NCBI GenBank assembly: GCA_024400875.1
Contig: JAKSMB010000002.1
Coordinates: 69,446-133,445, forward strand
Direction of reading: 5' to 3'
DNA length: 64,000 nucleotides
Origin: Bacteroidales bacterium
GTDB taxonomy: Bacteria; Bacteroidota; Bacteroidia; Bacteroidales; WCHB1-69
Both the position numbers and the translations under genes were made by a program. This document shows positions 9,323 to 19,142 of the stretch, in pieces; within the stretch, counting starts at the first letter, position 1, and the number at the start of each line of letters is the position of its first letter. The notes under the pieces were generated by a model. It saw only the letters and a list, made by a program, of their open reading frames with translations, did no database searches and was not told the DNA's origin.

Positions 9323-10609
9323 TTATTTGGAGTAATAATCCAACACTTCTTCCAGTGCTTTCTTGCATACAGGACAGAAGTCGTCGTAAACAATGGTGTG
9401 CATGGTGCAGTGCATGCTCGGACGATATACGCCTTTTGCAACGTAACCACCTCCTTCGTAAACACCTACCTTGTCGTACTCCGGTGTGCCTCTCTTGGCT
9501 GGTGGAGTTGGAATGGAAGTGCCCGACTCAAGTTGGTCAACCCATTTGCTCTCAAAATTAACCAATGTGGTTAAGTTTGGTTCAACAGGTTCTACACCAG
9601 CAGGATAGAAGTCTTGAACGGTGACTTCGGAGGTGTAGTATTCGTCGGCTAAACCACCAATAAGATGTCCCATCTCGTGTACGATTACGTAGTCGGGATG
9701 ATCACCGTGGTTGTATACGGTACAGTAGAAGTTGTAGAAACCTGCACCACCGTATTTTTCTGTGTTACAAATAACAACGATAACGTCATACGGAGCATCG
9801 TCGGCTACTTCGTGCATATTCCAGATACCATTGCATATGAGGTAACGGTCGAGTTCCAGACCGTTGAATGTGCTGTTTAAGAGGGTTTTGCGATAGATGT
9901 TGTTTTGAGGTTGAGTAATGCCAGATTCTTCGGAATAACCCTCAATGTAGCGGATGTTTACTTTCTTGCTCATCTCTTTGTATGGTGAACAATTCATCAC
10001 GTAAGAGGCAAAGCGTTTCATATCAGCTTTCATCAGCTTAGCATCGCTTTCGGCATATCCGTCTGGAATGAAAAGTATGTCAATAGCTTTTTCAGGCTTG
10101 TTACCAATGTGAAGATTCTTGGTTTTATAGTCTTTAAGCATGGGAGAAGTCTCGGTCTCTTTTGGGTTGAAATAGGAGATATTCAACGTGCTTGGGTTTC
10201 TTTTGCGGTCGAATGTGGTGAATTTCAAACGTACCGTATTCTTGGGGAATGGCATATTGATACATTCTTCCATCGAAGCGACTTGCGTTTGCCCTGGCTC
10301 TGTGGTTCGATATTCGTTGAACAGACAATTGTAACTCCTACTGAATATAAGTTTATTGGAAAGAGAGTCGTAAACTTCAAGCAATAGGTCGCCGTAGTTG
10401 TGCGGTTCGATGAGGTACTGGCGAGTGCCGTTCCATTGTCCACCTTCATTGAAATGGTCAATCTGTATAGTTTCTTCGGTAGCATTTCCAATGTGTAGAT
10501 AGCTGATACGAAGTGTTTTGTCTTTGAAAAATTGATCAAAATGCTGCGCAAAGGATGTCATGATTGTACAGCAAATAAGCAATGCAGAAAGAAAAAATGT
10601 TTTTTTCAT
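9323..10609 (-). CDS. Exported M64-family metallopeptidase
   Basis: Signal peptide, FFKDKTLRISY N-domain, HEMGHLIGGLADEY, YEGGGY..KGVYRP, C-terminal CTM..FCPVC. Confidence 0.9.
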   Translation of the reverse strand: MKKTFFLSALLICCTIMTSFAQHFDQFFKDKTLRISYLHIGNATEETIQIDHFNEGGQWNGTRQYLIEPHNYGDLLLEVYDSLSNKLIFSRSYNCLFNEYRTTEPGQTQVASMEECINMPFPKNTVRLKFTTFDRKRNPSTLNISYFNPKETETSPMLKDYKTKNLHIGNKPEKAIDILFIPDGYAESDAKLMKADMKRFASYVMNCSPYKEMSKKVNIRYIEGYSEESGITQPQNNIYRKTLLNSTFNGLELDRYLICNGIWNMHEVADDAPYDVIVVICNTEKYGGAGFYNFYCTVYNHGDHPDYVIVHEMGHLIGGLADEYYTSEVTVQDFYPAGVEPVEPNLTTLVNFESKWVDQLESGTSIPTPPAKRGTPEYDKVGVYEGGGYVAKGVYRPSMHCTMHTIVYDDFCPVCKKALEEVLDYYSK

Positions 10610-10632
10610 TGTAGATGTTTTAATAATGAGTG

Positions 10633-10670
10633 CAAAAATAGAAAAGTTTTCGATTTTTTTATTATTTTTG
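10633..10670. promoter_or_regulatory. Divergent -7 boxes for M64 (-) and tRNA-Thr (+)
   Basis: TATTTTTG on - (10633-10640) and on + (10663-10670). Confidence 0.65.
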
Positions 10671-10683
10671 CAGCCTCAAAAAA

Positions 10684-10756
<73 letters not shown>

Positions 10757-10757
10757 C

Positions 10758-10788
10758 AAAAAAAAGCGCTCAAGTGAGCGCTTTTTTT
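10758..10788. terminator. Bidirectional terminator between tRNA-Thr and pfkB-family gene
   Basis: A run-GCGCTCA-AG-TGAGCGC-T run. Confidence 0.88.
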
Positions 10789-11758
10789 ATTCGAAGAATG
10801 TCTTTTGAACTTCATCCCAGATTTCATCGGGCAGTTTGGCGCCGATATATTCAATCATTTTAGCGGATAAGAATGAGGCAAGATCACCAGCCTTTTGTGC
10901 GGAATAGCCATTTAGCAAGCCATAAAGGAAACCAGAGGCGTAGATGTCGCCAGCACCTGTGGTGTCACGACGAACAGCATCCACCGGTTCGATGGTGGTG
11001 ATTTCTCCATTCATCTTGATTAATGAACCGTCCTTACCAATTTTCACGATGGCGATAGGACAGTATTCGGAAAGAACATTCAATGCGTCAACACCCTCTT
11101 TGCCGGTGAAGGCTTTAGCTTCTTCTTCATTAGCGAAGATGATGTCAACGTAGTTGGTGAGCAATATCTTTACAAAGTCGTAATTGGCTTCGATGATGTT
11201 GTAGCTGGCCATATCCATAGAGATTTGAAGACCTTTTTCTTTGGCAATCTGGCAAACACGGAGGATGAGGTCGTGATTAAAGATCAGGTATCCTTCAACG
11301 TGAATGCAGTCGTATTGTGCGATGATCTCTGGGTCCAGTTCATCTGGAGTCATCGTTGCCGCTGCGCCAAGATAAGTGGCGAAAGTGCGTTCGGCATCTG
11401 CAGAGATGAATGTTGTAGCAATGCCTGTATCTTCTGTGCTTTGGATGAGGTGTGGCGTTACGTTGAAGCGCTTCATCTCGTCGCGGAAGAATTGTCCCAT
11501 GGTGTCAGGACCTACCTTTCCGATATATCCGGCAGGAGCGCCTAAACGAGATAATCCGTGAATGGTGTTAGAGGTGGAACCTCCTGTTGCACAGGATTGT
11601 TGCATGTTCTTGATACGCTCGTGGATTTCGCGCTTGCGGTCGGCATCAATCATCACCATACCGCCTTTGTCAAGATCGTTCTGGGATAGAATCTCATCGT
11701 TGTCGATGTTTAAAAGAATGTCCACGAGGGCATTACCAATACCTAATATCTTTTTCAT
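10787..11758 (-). CDS. PfkB-family carbohydrate/nucleoside (adenosine-kinase-like) kinase
   Basis: LGIGNALVD, GGSTSNT, ERTFATYLGAA, FANEEEA, DTTGAGDIYASGF. Confidence 0.92.
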   Translation of the reverse strand: MKKILGIGNALVDILLNIDNDEILSQNDLDKGGMVMIDADRKREIHERIKNMQQSCATGGSTSNTIHGLSRLGAPAGYIGKVGPDTMGQFFRDEMKRFNVTPHLIQSTEDTGIATTFISADAERTFATYLGAAATMTPDELDPEIIAQYDCIHVEGYLIFNHDLILRVCQIAKEKGLQISMDMASYNIIEANYDFVKILLTNYVDIIFANEEEAKAFTGKEGVDALNVLSEYCPIAIVKIGKDGSLIKMNGEITTIEPVDAVRRDTTGAGDIYASGFLYGLLNGYSAQKAGDLASFLSAKMIEYIGAKLPDEIWDEVQKTFFE

Positions 11759-11946
11759 TTTTTTTCTCCTTCTTGTTGTTTCTTCTTTCTTTCAATGATG
11801 GCGTAGCTTACCCAATAGCCGATAGTTACGGCCAAGGTTACGCCCACCACGATAGGGAAGCGTTCGTTGAGCGCTCCCCTGTCGATGAACGTAAAGGGTA
11901 TGAGGCATATAGCCAACAACATAAAATAGCGTAGCCAGGCCTTCAT
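11755..11946 (-). CDS. Small two-TM membrane protein, unknown function
   Basis: 63 aa with two hydrophobic segments and a basic tail; start overlaps the valS stop and stop overlaps the pfkB start. Confidence 0.65.
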   Translation of the reverse strand: MKAWLRYFMLLAICLIPFTFIDRGALNERFPIVVGVTLAVTIGYWVSYAIIERKKKQQEGEKK

Positions 11947-14579
11947 TATTTCAGTTTTGAAAGTTGTTCTTTAATGATTCGGATCTTTTCTTCAGCGTCA
12001 GCTTGTTTTTTGCGTTCCATATCTACCACTTTTTGCGGTGCATTGTTTACAAAGCTTTCGTTGGAGAGTTTTTTCATGACACCCATCAAGAATCCTTCAG
12101 CATATTTAAGGTCAGCTTCCAGTTTCTTGATTTCTTCTTCTGCATTGATGAGTCCTTCCAATGGAACTGAATATTTCACATTTTGTTCAATGAAGGAAGC
12201 ACCATTCACTTCGCCGTTTTCGCCAACATAGTCGATAGCTTCAACGTTGGCCAGTTTCATTACAACAGCATCCATACCGGCATTGGCGGTTGAGGCTTCG
12301 GCGTGAACATTCAATTTCAGAGCGTTCTTGTTTGCAATGTTCTTTTCGGAACGGATCTTACGGATCTGTTCGATGACGCTACGCGTGTTAGTGAATGCGT
12401 TCAACAGATTTTGGTCGATGGTTGCGCTCTTTGGCATTTCAACTTTCATGATGGATTCACCGTCCTTGCGTTCGCGGAGCGCATGCCATAATTCTTCAGT
12501 GATGAATGGCATGAATGGATGCAAGATTTCCATCAGTTTTTCAAAGATGTTGATGATGTCGGCAAGTGTCTTTGCATCAACAGGCTTCTGATAAGGTGGT
12601 TTAACTACTTCCAAGAAACAGGAGCAGAAGTCGTCCCAGATGAGTTTATAAACAGACATCAGTGCTTCTGACAGACGATAGCGTTTGAAGTCTTCTTCCA
12701 TGGATGCCAATACTTCGTTGATGCGTTGTTCCATCCAGTCGATAGCAACTCTTGTGTGCAGAGGTTGCTCGCCGTTGTTGTCCACATCCCAGCCTTTAAC
12801 CAAACGGAAGGCATTCCACAGCTTGTTGCTGAAGTTACGGCCTTGCTCGCATAATGACTCGTCGAAGAGCAGGTCGTTGCCGGCAGGGGAGGTGATGAGC
12901 ATGCCGAAACGTACGCCGTCAGCACCATATTGTTCCATCAGGAGGATAGGGTCTGGTGAGTTACCGAGTGATTTGGACATTTTGCGATGCAGTTTGTCGC
13001 GAACGGTACCGGTGAAATATACATCCTTGAATGGGATGGCACCATTCCATTCCAACCCTGCCATAATCATACGTGCCACCCAGAAGAAGATGATGTCGGG
13101 AGCGGTGATCAATGCGGAGGTTGGGTAGTAATAGTTGATTTCTGGATTGTTCGGATTACGAACGCCGTCAAAAACGGAGAGTGGCCACAACCAGGAAGAG
13201 AACCAGGTGTCCATAACGTCCTCGTCTTGCTTGAGGTCGGCAATGGTGAGGTTCAATTCAGGGAATCTCTCTTGTGCGATGGATAAAGCTTCTTCTGCAT
13301 TGTGAGCAACGATGAATTCGTGGTTTGGCAAGTAGAAAGCCGGGATGCGGTGGCCCCACCACAACTGACGGCTGATACACCAGTCTTTCACGTTTTCCAT
13401 CCAGTGTGCGTATGTGTTTTTGAATTTCTCAGGGTAGAACTTGATTTCACCGTTCATAACGGCATCAAGAGCAGGTTTTGCCATTTCGTCCATCTTGCAG
13501 AACCATTGCATAGAAAGCTTAGGTTCAATTACTTCGTTGGTTCTTTCAGAGAAGCCTACTTTGTTCACGTAGTCTTCGATCTTAACCATATTGCCAGCTT
13601 CTTCCAACAATGGGATGATGGCCTTACGTGCTTCGAAACGATCCATGCCAACGAGGAATTGAGCGCTTTCGCTCAAAGTACCGTTGTCGTTGAAGATGTT
13701 GATGGTTTCCAAGTGATGCTTGATACCAAGGTTGTAGTCGTTGATGTCATGTGCAGGTGTGATCTTCAATGCACCTGTACCGAATTCACGCTCTACGTAT
13801 TCGTCGTAAATCAATGGGATGGAACGGTTTACCAATGGAACGATGGCGCGTTTGCCTTTGTACTTGGCGTAGCGCTCATCTTCTGGATGCATGCAGATGG
13901 CAGAGTCGCCGAGGATGGTTTCCGGACGGGTGGTGGCAATCGTGATATATTCACCAGGCTCACCCTCGATTTGATAGCGAACGTAATAGAGCTTGGATTG
14001 AAGTTCTTTGTAGATAACTTCTTCATCAGAAACGGCGGTCAGGGCTTTTGGATCCCAGTTGACCATACGCACGCCGCGATAGATTTTGCCTTTGTTGTAA
14101 AGGTCAACGAAGATGTCGATAACAGCCTCGGAAAGGTCGGCATCCATGGTGAACTTGGTACGATCCCAGTCGCAGGAAGCACCCAATTTGCGGAGTTGTT
14201 GCAAGATGATGCCGCCATGCTTTTCTTTCCATTGCCAAGCATGTTCGAGGAATTGCTCGCGAGTGAGATCTTTCTTCTCGATGCCTTGCTCCTTGAGGAG
14301 GTTGACAACCTTGGCTTCGGTTGCAATGGAAGCGTGGTCGGTGCCAGGTACCCAAACGGCGTTGAAACCGTTCATGCGTGCGCGGCGGATGAGCACGTCC
14401 TGGATGGTGTTGTTGAGCATGTGGCCCATGTGCAATACGCCAGTCACATTTGGCGGAGGGATAACGATCGTGTAAGCCGGACGACTGTCGGGCTCGGAGT
14501 GAAACATACGATTGTCAGTCCAATATTTATACCATTTATCTTCGACCGCTGTTGGATCGTATTTAGTAGCTAATTCCAT
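11946..14579 (-). CDS. valS: Valine--tRNA ligase
   Basis: [13 protein letters not shown] (HIGH), [18 protein letters not shown]-terminal coiled coil. Confidence 0.98.
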   Translation of the reverse strand: MELATKYDPTAVEDKWYKYWTDNRMFHSEPDSRPAYTIVIPPPNVTGVLHMGHMLNNTIQDVLIRRARMNGFNAVWVPGTDHASIATEAKVVNLLKEQGIEKKDLTREQFLEHAWQWKEKHGGIILQQLRKLGASCDWDRTKFTMDADLSEAVIDIFVDLYNKGKIYRGVRMVNWDPKALTAVSDEEVIYKELQSKLYYVRYQIEGEPGEYITIATTRPETILGDSAICMHPEDERYAKYKGKRAIVPLVNRSIPLIYDEYVEREFGTGALKITPAHDINDYNLGIKHHLETINIFNDNGTLSESAQFLVGMDRFEARKAIIPLLEEAGNMVKIEDYVNKVGFSERTNEVIEPKLSMQWFCKMDEMAKPALDAVMNGEIKFYPEKFKNTYAHWMENVKDWCISRQLWWGHRIPAFYLPNHEFIVAHNAEEALSIAQERFPELNLTIADLKQDEDVMDTWFSSWLWPLSVFDGVRNPNNPEINYYYPTSALITAPDIIFFWVARMIMAGLEWNGAIPFKDVYFTGTVRDKLHRKMSKSLGNSPDPILLMEQYGADGVRFGMLITSPAGNDLLFDESLCEQGRNFSNKLWNAFRLVKGWDVDNNGEQPLHTRVAIDWMEQRINEVLASMEEDFKRYRLSEALMSVYKLIWDDFCSCFLEVVKPPYQKPVDAKTLADIINIFEKLMEILHPFMPFITEELWHALRERKDGESIMKVEMPKSATIDQNLLNAFTNTRSVIEQIRKIRSEKNIANKNALKLNVHAEASTANAGMDAVVMKLANVEAIDYVGENGEVNGASFIEQNVKYSVPLEGLINAEEEIKKLEADLKYAEGFLMGVMKKLSNESFVNNAPQKVVDMERKKQADAEEKIRIIKEQLSKLK

Positions 14580-14596
14580 TGTGTAAACTTGTTTAT

Positions 14597-15598
14597 TTAT
14601 GCATTTAATATTTTAAAAATCATTTCTTTAAGCAACTCTCCGCCTTCTAAATTGTCTACGTCCACGCCTTTTGACTTGGCATCATACTCTTCCAGGATGG
14701 CAATGATGTTGATCAGTTGCGGAAGCGTATAACGATTGGCATAGCCAGTCAGCTTGTTCAGGACGAATGAGTTGGAATTCTTGAAGATGTTTTTAAGATT
14801 GTCGCTGCTTTTGTCGGCGGCAAGATGGTAATGAAGCATCTTCTGAAAGAATGGATAGAGTTGTCCAATGGTTTTGACATTGGGATTTTCGCGCTGATGT
14901 TGTGCAAAGTTCAGCATGATTTTGTAGGTCTTCTGCTGGTCTCGGTTTCCTAAGGCATCCTGCAATTCGAAAATGTTGTATTCTTTGCTGATGCCGATGT
15001 ATTTCTCCACAACATCGAGGGTGATGTTGCTGTTAGGAGGTAAGATGAGGCGCAGCTTCTCCAGCTCCTTGTGGATTCGGGAGAGGTCGTTGCCGATATG
15101 CTCTGCCAAAAGATTAGCAGTATTGGCATCAATGTGGAATTTGAAATGCGCAACCTGCTTTTCGATCCATCCGGCCAGTTGGTAATCTTTTTCTCCGACG
15201 GACTCAAACACTACGCCGTGTTTTTCAAAGGGCTTGTACTGTTTAGGGGTCAGCTTGCCATATTTGTAACAGATTACCAGTATGGTGGAGGCGAGAGGGT
15301 TCTCTGCGTATGCGCTTAATTGATCGAAGTTGCGCATCTCCTTGGCTTCTTTGAGGATGACCAATCGAATGGGACTGCCGAATGGATACTCCTTTGCACT
15401 GGCGATTACGTCAGCCGGTTGCGTATCCTTACCGTACAATACTACCTGGTTGAAGTCACGATCCGCTTCATCAATGACCGTGTTTTCCATATATTTGCAC
15501 AGCTGGTCGATGTAGAATGGCTCTTCTCCCATAAAGAGATAGACGGGAGCATATTGCTTTTTCTGTAGCTGGCTTTTCAGATCTTCTAACTTAATCAT
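14597..15598 (-). CDS. holA: DNA polymerase III delta subunit
   Basis: [50 protein letters not shown]. Confidence 0.93.
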   Translation of the reverse strand: MIKLEDLKSQLQKKQYAPVYLFMGEEPFYIDQLCKYMENTVIDEADRDFNQVVLYGKDTQPADVIASAKEYPFGSPIRLVILKEAKEMRNFDQLSAYAENPLASTILVICYKYGKLTPKQYKPFEKHGVVFESVGEKDYQLAGWIEKQVAHFKFHIDANTANLLAEHIGNDLSRIHKELEKLRLILPPNSNITLDVVEKYIGISKEYNIFELQDALGNRDQQKTYKIMLNFAQHQRENPNVKTIGQLYPFFQKMLHYHLAADKSSDNLKNIFKNSNSFVLNKLTGYANRYTLPQLINIIAILEEYDAKSKGVDVDNLEGGELLKEMIFKILNA

Positions 15599-15619
15599 AG
15601 TTCATTGCGATGGAGCGTG

Positions 15620-15627
15620 CAAAGATA
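15620..15627 (-). promoter_or_regulatory. -7 box (TATCTTTG) for the holA-valS operon
   Basis: TAnnTTTG 21 nt upstream of the holA ATG. Confidence 0.68.
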
Positions 15628-15634
15628 CAAAAAA

Positions 15635-15663
15635 GGATAAAGGGATGAAAGGGTAGAGGGGTG
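15635..15663 (-). repeat. Degenerate 8-mer pyrimidine-rich tandem tract
   Basis: On -: C-ACCCCTCT-ACCCTTTC-ATCCCTTT-ATCC, with no G, between a terminator and a promoter box. Confidence 0.55.
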
Positions 15664-15700
15664 AAAAAAAGAAAGCCACTCCGGGAGGAGCAGCTTTTCT
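15664..15700 (-). terminator. Intrinsic terminator of rplU-rpmA
   Basis: On -: AAAGCTGCTCC-TCCC-GGAGTGGCTTT followed by a T run. Confidence 0.82.
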
Positions 15701-15738
15701 TAAATCAAACATTATGAACAAAATATCACTTACATCAT

Positions 15739-15996
15739 CTACTCTTGAGGAGTAACGGATACAAATGATTTATCTTTGTAGGTTTTTCTGAAACTTACGA
15801 TACCATCACAAAGTGCATACAAAGTGTGATCCTTGCCCATACCTACGTTTTGACCTGGGTTATGAACAGTACCTCTTTGACGAACGATAATGTTACCTGC
15901 CTTTGCAAATTGACCACCGAAGATTTTCAAACCTAATCTTTTACTAGCTGATTCGCGGCCGTTCTGTGAACTACCGACACCTTTTTTGTGTGCCAT
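15739..15996 (-). CDS. rpmA: 50S ribosomal protein L27
   Basis: [30 protein letters not shown]. Confidence 0.99.
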   Translation of the reverse strand: MAHKKGVGSSQNGRESASKRLGLKIFGGQFAKAGNIIVRQRGTVHNPGQNVGMGKDHTLYALCDGIVSFRKTYKDKSFVSVTPQE

Positions 15997-16026
15997 ATCT
16001 TTTTATTTTATTTCGTTAATACTAAA

Positions 16027-16338
16027 TTATAAGGTGATGCTATCAATCTTAATAGCGGTCAAACATTGACGATGACCATTCAATTTTTGATAACCTTTTC
16101 TTCTTTTTTTCTTGAAAACAAGAACTTTGTCACCTTTGAGATGTTTTTGAACGGTAGCAGTTACTACAGCACCTTCTACGGTTGGAGTACCTACTTTTAC
16201 AGAACCGTCGTTACCTACTAACATCACGCGGTCGAATTTAACTTGTGAACCTTCTTCAGCCTGGAGGCGTTGAACATAGACTCTGCGGTCTTTTTCAATC
16301 TTGAATTGTTGCCCGGCGATTTCTACAATTGCGTACAT
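16027..16338 (-). CDS. rplU: 50S ribosomal protein L21
   Basis: [30 protein letters not shown]. Confidence 0.99.
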   Translation of the reverse strand: MYAIVEIAGQQFKIEKDRRVYVQRLQAEEGSQVKFDRVMLVGNDGSVKVGTPTVEGAVVTATVQKHLKGDKVLVFKKKRRKGYQKLNGHRQCLTAIKIDSITL

Positions 16339-16372
16339 TTTTTTATAATTTTAGTTGATAATTTAGGGGCGG

Positions 16373-16401
16373 CAAAAATAGAAAAAAATCATTTATCTTT
16401 G
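16373..16401. promoter_or_regulatory. Divergent -7 boxes for rplU (-) and htrA (+)
   Basis: TATTTTTG on - (16373-16380); TATCTTTG on + (16394-16401). Confidence 0.6.
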
Positions 16402-16468
16402 TCTGCCTTGCAATTTTTTTTTCATTATTCCGTTAACCTCTCGCTTTAAGTTTATAAAATCTATTGAA

Positions 16469-17578
16469 ATGGAAAAGATTATTTTTAAAAATGTGCTGTT
16501 AATCACTGTTTTAACATTTTTCTGCTTTTCATTTTCTGCCAACGCCCAAAGCACTGCCAAGTCTTCAAAATATGTAGATTTGTCGGATGCTGCTGAGAAT
16601 TCAGTCAATGCCGTTGTATATATTAAGACAGAATTTACCCAAAAAACTTCCATGTGGGACGATTTTTTCGGGGGTACGATATGGGAACATTTTTTTGGAA
16701 GTATGTCACCGAGCCTCTATCCGGTTCAAGCGGCTGGTTCAGGTGTTATCGTGTCTGAAGATGGTTACATCATCACCAATAACCACGTTGTTGCAGATGC
16801 TGTAAAGACAACGATCACGTTGAACGATAAACGTGAGTTTGCCGGTATTATAGTGGGCACCGATCCGAGCGCCGATCTTGCTCTGATTAAGATTGAAGCG
16901 GAAGGTCTTCCGTATCTCAAATTCGCAAATTCCGACTCATTGCGCCTGGGACAATGGGTGTTGGCGGTAGGAAATCCTATGAACCTCACCTCTACCGTTA
17001 CGGCGGGTATCATCAGCGCCAAGGCACGCCAGCTTGAAATGGCCGGTAAGGGCGCTACGGAGGAGAGCTACCTGCAGACGGACGCTGCTGTCAACTCTGG
17101 AAACTCAGGCGGAGCTCTGGTTAATGCAGAGGGTAGACTCGTGGGTATCAATACCGCAATCGCTTCCGGAAATGGATTCTATACCGGATACTCTTTTGCT
17201 ATCCCTTCCAATATTGTTAAAAAGATATATTTGGATTTAAAAGATTATGGTCAAGTACAGAAGGCTTATTTGGGCATTTCTATTGTTGAATTGAATGCCA
17301 GCTTGGCAAATGAATACGGACTGGACGATGTGAAGGGAATCTATGTGGCTGACGTGGAGGAAGATGGCGCGGCTGCAAAAAATGGTTTTCAAGAAGGTGA
17401 TGTGATCAAAACAATAGATGGTCATCCGGTAAATAGCCTTGCTGAGGTGCGTGGCGTATTGAAAACAAAGTCACCTGGCGATGAAGTCTCTGTCGCATTT
17501 GTCAGAAATGGAGCGAAAAATACCAAGACGGTTACCTTGCTGAATAGCGAAGGTACAACGGATATTATTAAGAATTAA
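16469..17578 (+). CDS. htrA: HtrA/DegP-family serine protease with one PDZ domain
   Basis: Signal peptide; triad motifs TNNHVV, DLALIK, GNSGGAL; single C-terminal PDZ. Confidence 0.93.
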   Translation: MEKIIFKNVLLITVLTFFCFSFSANAQSTAKSSKYVDLSDAAENSVNAVVYIKTEFTQKTSMWDDFFGGTIWEHFFGSMSPSLYPVQAAGSGVIVSEDGYIITNNHVVADAVKTTITLNDKREFAGIIVGTDPSADLALIKIEAEGLPYLKFANSDSLRLGQWVLAVGNPMNLTSTVTAGIISAKARQLEMAGKGATEESYLQTDAAVNSGNSGGALVNAEGRLVGINTAIASGNGFYTGYSFAIPSNIVKKIYLDLKDYGQVQKAYLGISIVELNASLANEYGLDDVKGIYVADVEEDGAAAKNGFQEGDVIKTIDGHPVNSLAEVRGVLKTKSPGDEVSVAFVRNGAKNTKTVTLLNSEGTTDIIKN

Positions 17579-17652
17579 TTTCTGTTGTGAGATTAGAACC
17601 GAAAGTTCTTACGTTTTTGACCTTATAATATACAATCATAAAACATAAAATT

Positions 17653-18513
17653 ATGCGTCAACTAAAAATTACAAAATCTATTACCAACCGAGACTCTGCC
17701 TCGTTGGAACGTTATCTATCGGAAATTGGAAAAGAACAGATGGTTAGTGCAGAGGAAGAAGTGGAACTTGCTCGCAGAATAAAAGCAGGGGATGAACAGG
17801 CGCTCACCAAACTCACTGTTACGAATCTCCGATTTGTGGTTTCTGTGGCTAAACAGTACCAAAATCAGGGTATTGGACTCCAAGATCTGATTAATGAAGG
17901 GAATGTGGGTTTGATAAAGGCTGCCAGAAGATTTGATGAAACCCGTGGTTTCAAATTCATCTCTTATGCCGTATGGTGGATTCGCCAGGCCATCTTGCAA
18001 GCTATTGCAGAACAGTCTCGTGTTGTTCGTTTGCCTCTGAACCAAGTGGGCGTGATCAATAAGATGAAGAAGGAGACTGCACGATTGGAACAGGAACTCA
18101 ATCGTATGCCAACTAACGAGGAACTTGCAGAGGTGATGGGCTTGCCGGTATATAAGGTTGCTGAAATCTTGAAGATGAATAACCGCCCGCAGTCTATCGA
18201 TTCGCCTATCGCTTCGGATGAGGAGACCCCCTTTGTGGATGTCTTTGTGCACGACAATGCGGATGATACGGACAAGGTGCTGATGCAGGAGTCGCTGGCA
18301 TCCGAGATCCGCGAAGTGCTGAAAACACTTCCGGAGAAGGAACGCGAGGTGCTGACTCGTTTTTACGGCATTGATACCAGTCATGAATATACATTGGATG
18401 AAATTGGCGATGAACTGGACCTCTCACGAGAACGTGTCCGTCAACTCAAAGAACGCGCACTTAAGCGGTTGCGACAATGTACTATGAATAAAAGTTTGAA
18501 AAGTTATTTGTAA
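17653..18513 (+). CDS. rpoD: Primary-type sigma-70 factor (Bacteroidota SigA, lacks region 1.1)
   Basis: MRQLKITKSITNR start, NLRFVVSVAKQY, DLINEGNVGL, FKFISYAVWWIRQ, SRERVRQ. Confidence 0.93.
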   Translation: MRQLKITKSITNRDSASLERYLSEIGKEQMVSAEEEVELARRIKAGDEQALTKLTVTNLRFVVSVAKQYQNQGIGLQDLINEGNVGLIKAARRFDETRGFKFISYAVWWIRQAILQAIAEQSRVVRLPLNQVGVINKMKKETARLEQELNRMPTNEELAEVMGLPVYKVAEILKMNNRPQSIDSPIASDEETPFVDVFVHDNADDTDKVLMQESLASEIREVLKTLPEKEREVLTRFYGIDTSHEYTLDEIGDELDLSRERVRQLKERALKRLRQCTMNKSLKSYL

Positions 18514-18515
18514 AT

Positions 18516-19112
18516 ATGAAGAAAACTACCCCATTATTGTTTTGTATGCTGATTTTGGGACTCGGACTTACCATCTCCTGTTCCCATAAAAAAGAGGCTT
18601 ATACCCCAAAACCGCAGGCTTATTTCCGTATCGATTTGCCTGACCACCAGTATCAGAGATTTGATACAGTTCTGCCTTTTACTTTTGAGAATTCAGCTTA
18701 CTCAAAGGTGACCATTAACAAGCAAGATAATGGAAACTGTTGGCTTGATGTTGATTATCCGGAGTTGAATGCTACATTTAAGTTTACGTATGTTCCAATG
18801 CCTTGCGTTGATAGTTTGCGCTCTCTCATTGTGAAGGAGGAAAAGATGGTGAAATTCCATTATCAGAAGGCTGACGATGTGGAATATTCTGTGATAAAAG
18901 ATGCGGACGCGCGATTGTGGGGACAAATCTATGATATTGAAGGCAAGGAAGTTGCAACACCATTTCAGTTCTGGATGACCGATAGTGCTCGTCATTTTTT
19001 GAGGGGCACTTTGTACTTTAATTTTACGCCTAATAACGATTCTTTGCAACCTGTTATCGACTATCTTCGCGCGGATGCTATGCACATTGTTGAAACTTTT
19101 CAATGGAAATAG
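18516..19112 (+). CDS. gldD: GldD-family lipoprotein
   Basis: Lipobox TISC; YTPKP.AYFRIDLP, ATPFQFWMTDS..HFLRGTLYF, PNNDSLQPV. Confidence 0.85.
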   Translation: MKKTTPLLFCMLILGLGLTISCSHKKEAYTPKPQAYFRIDLPDHQYQRFDTVLPFTFENSAYSKVTINKQDNGNCWLDVDYPELNATFKFTYVPMPCVDSLRSLIVKEEKMVKFHYQKADDVEYSVIKDADARLWGQIYDIEGKEVATPFQFWMTDSARHFLRGTLYFNFTPNNDSLQPVIDYLRADAMHIVETFQWK

Positions 19113-19142
19113 TATCTTTGCCCCCTCTAAAATTGCCGATAT

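Noticed and set aside
13302-14573. 423-aa ORF on + strand
   Set aside because: Antisense shadow of valS with no recognisable motifs; explained by codon bias. The same applies to most other overlapping ORFs in the track.
17587-17595. TGTGAGATT shared upstream of rpoD and in the rho leader region
   Set aside because: A single 9-mer match in opposite orientation relative to transcription is plausible by chance.
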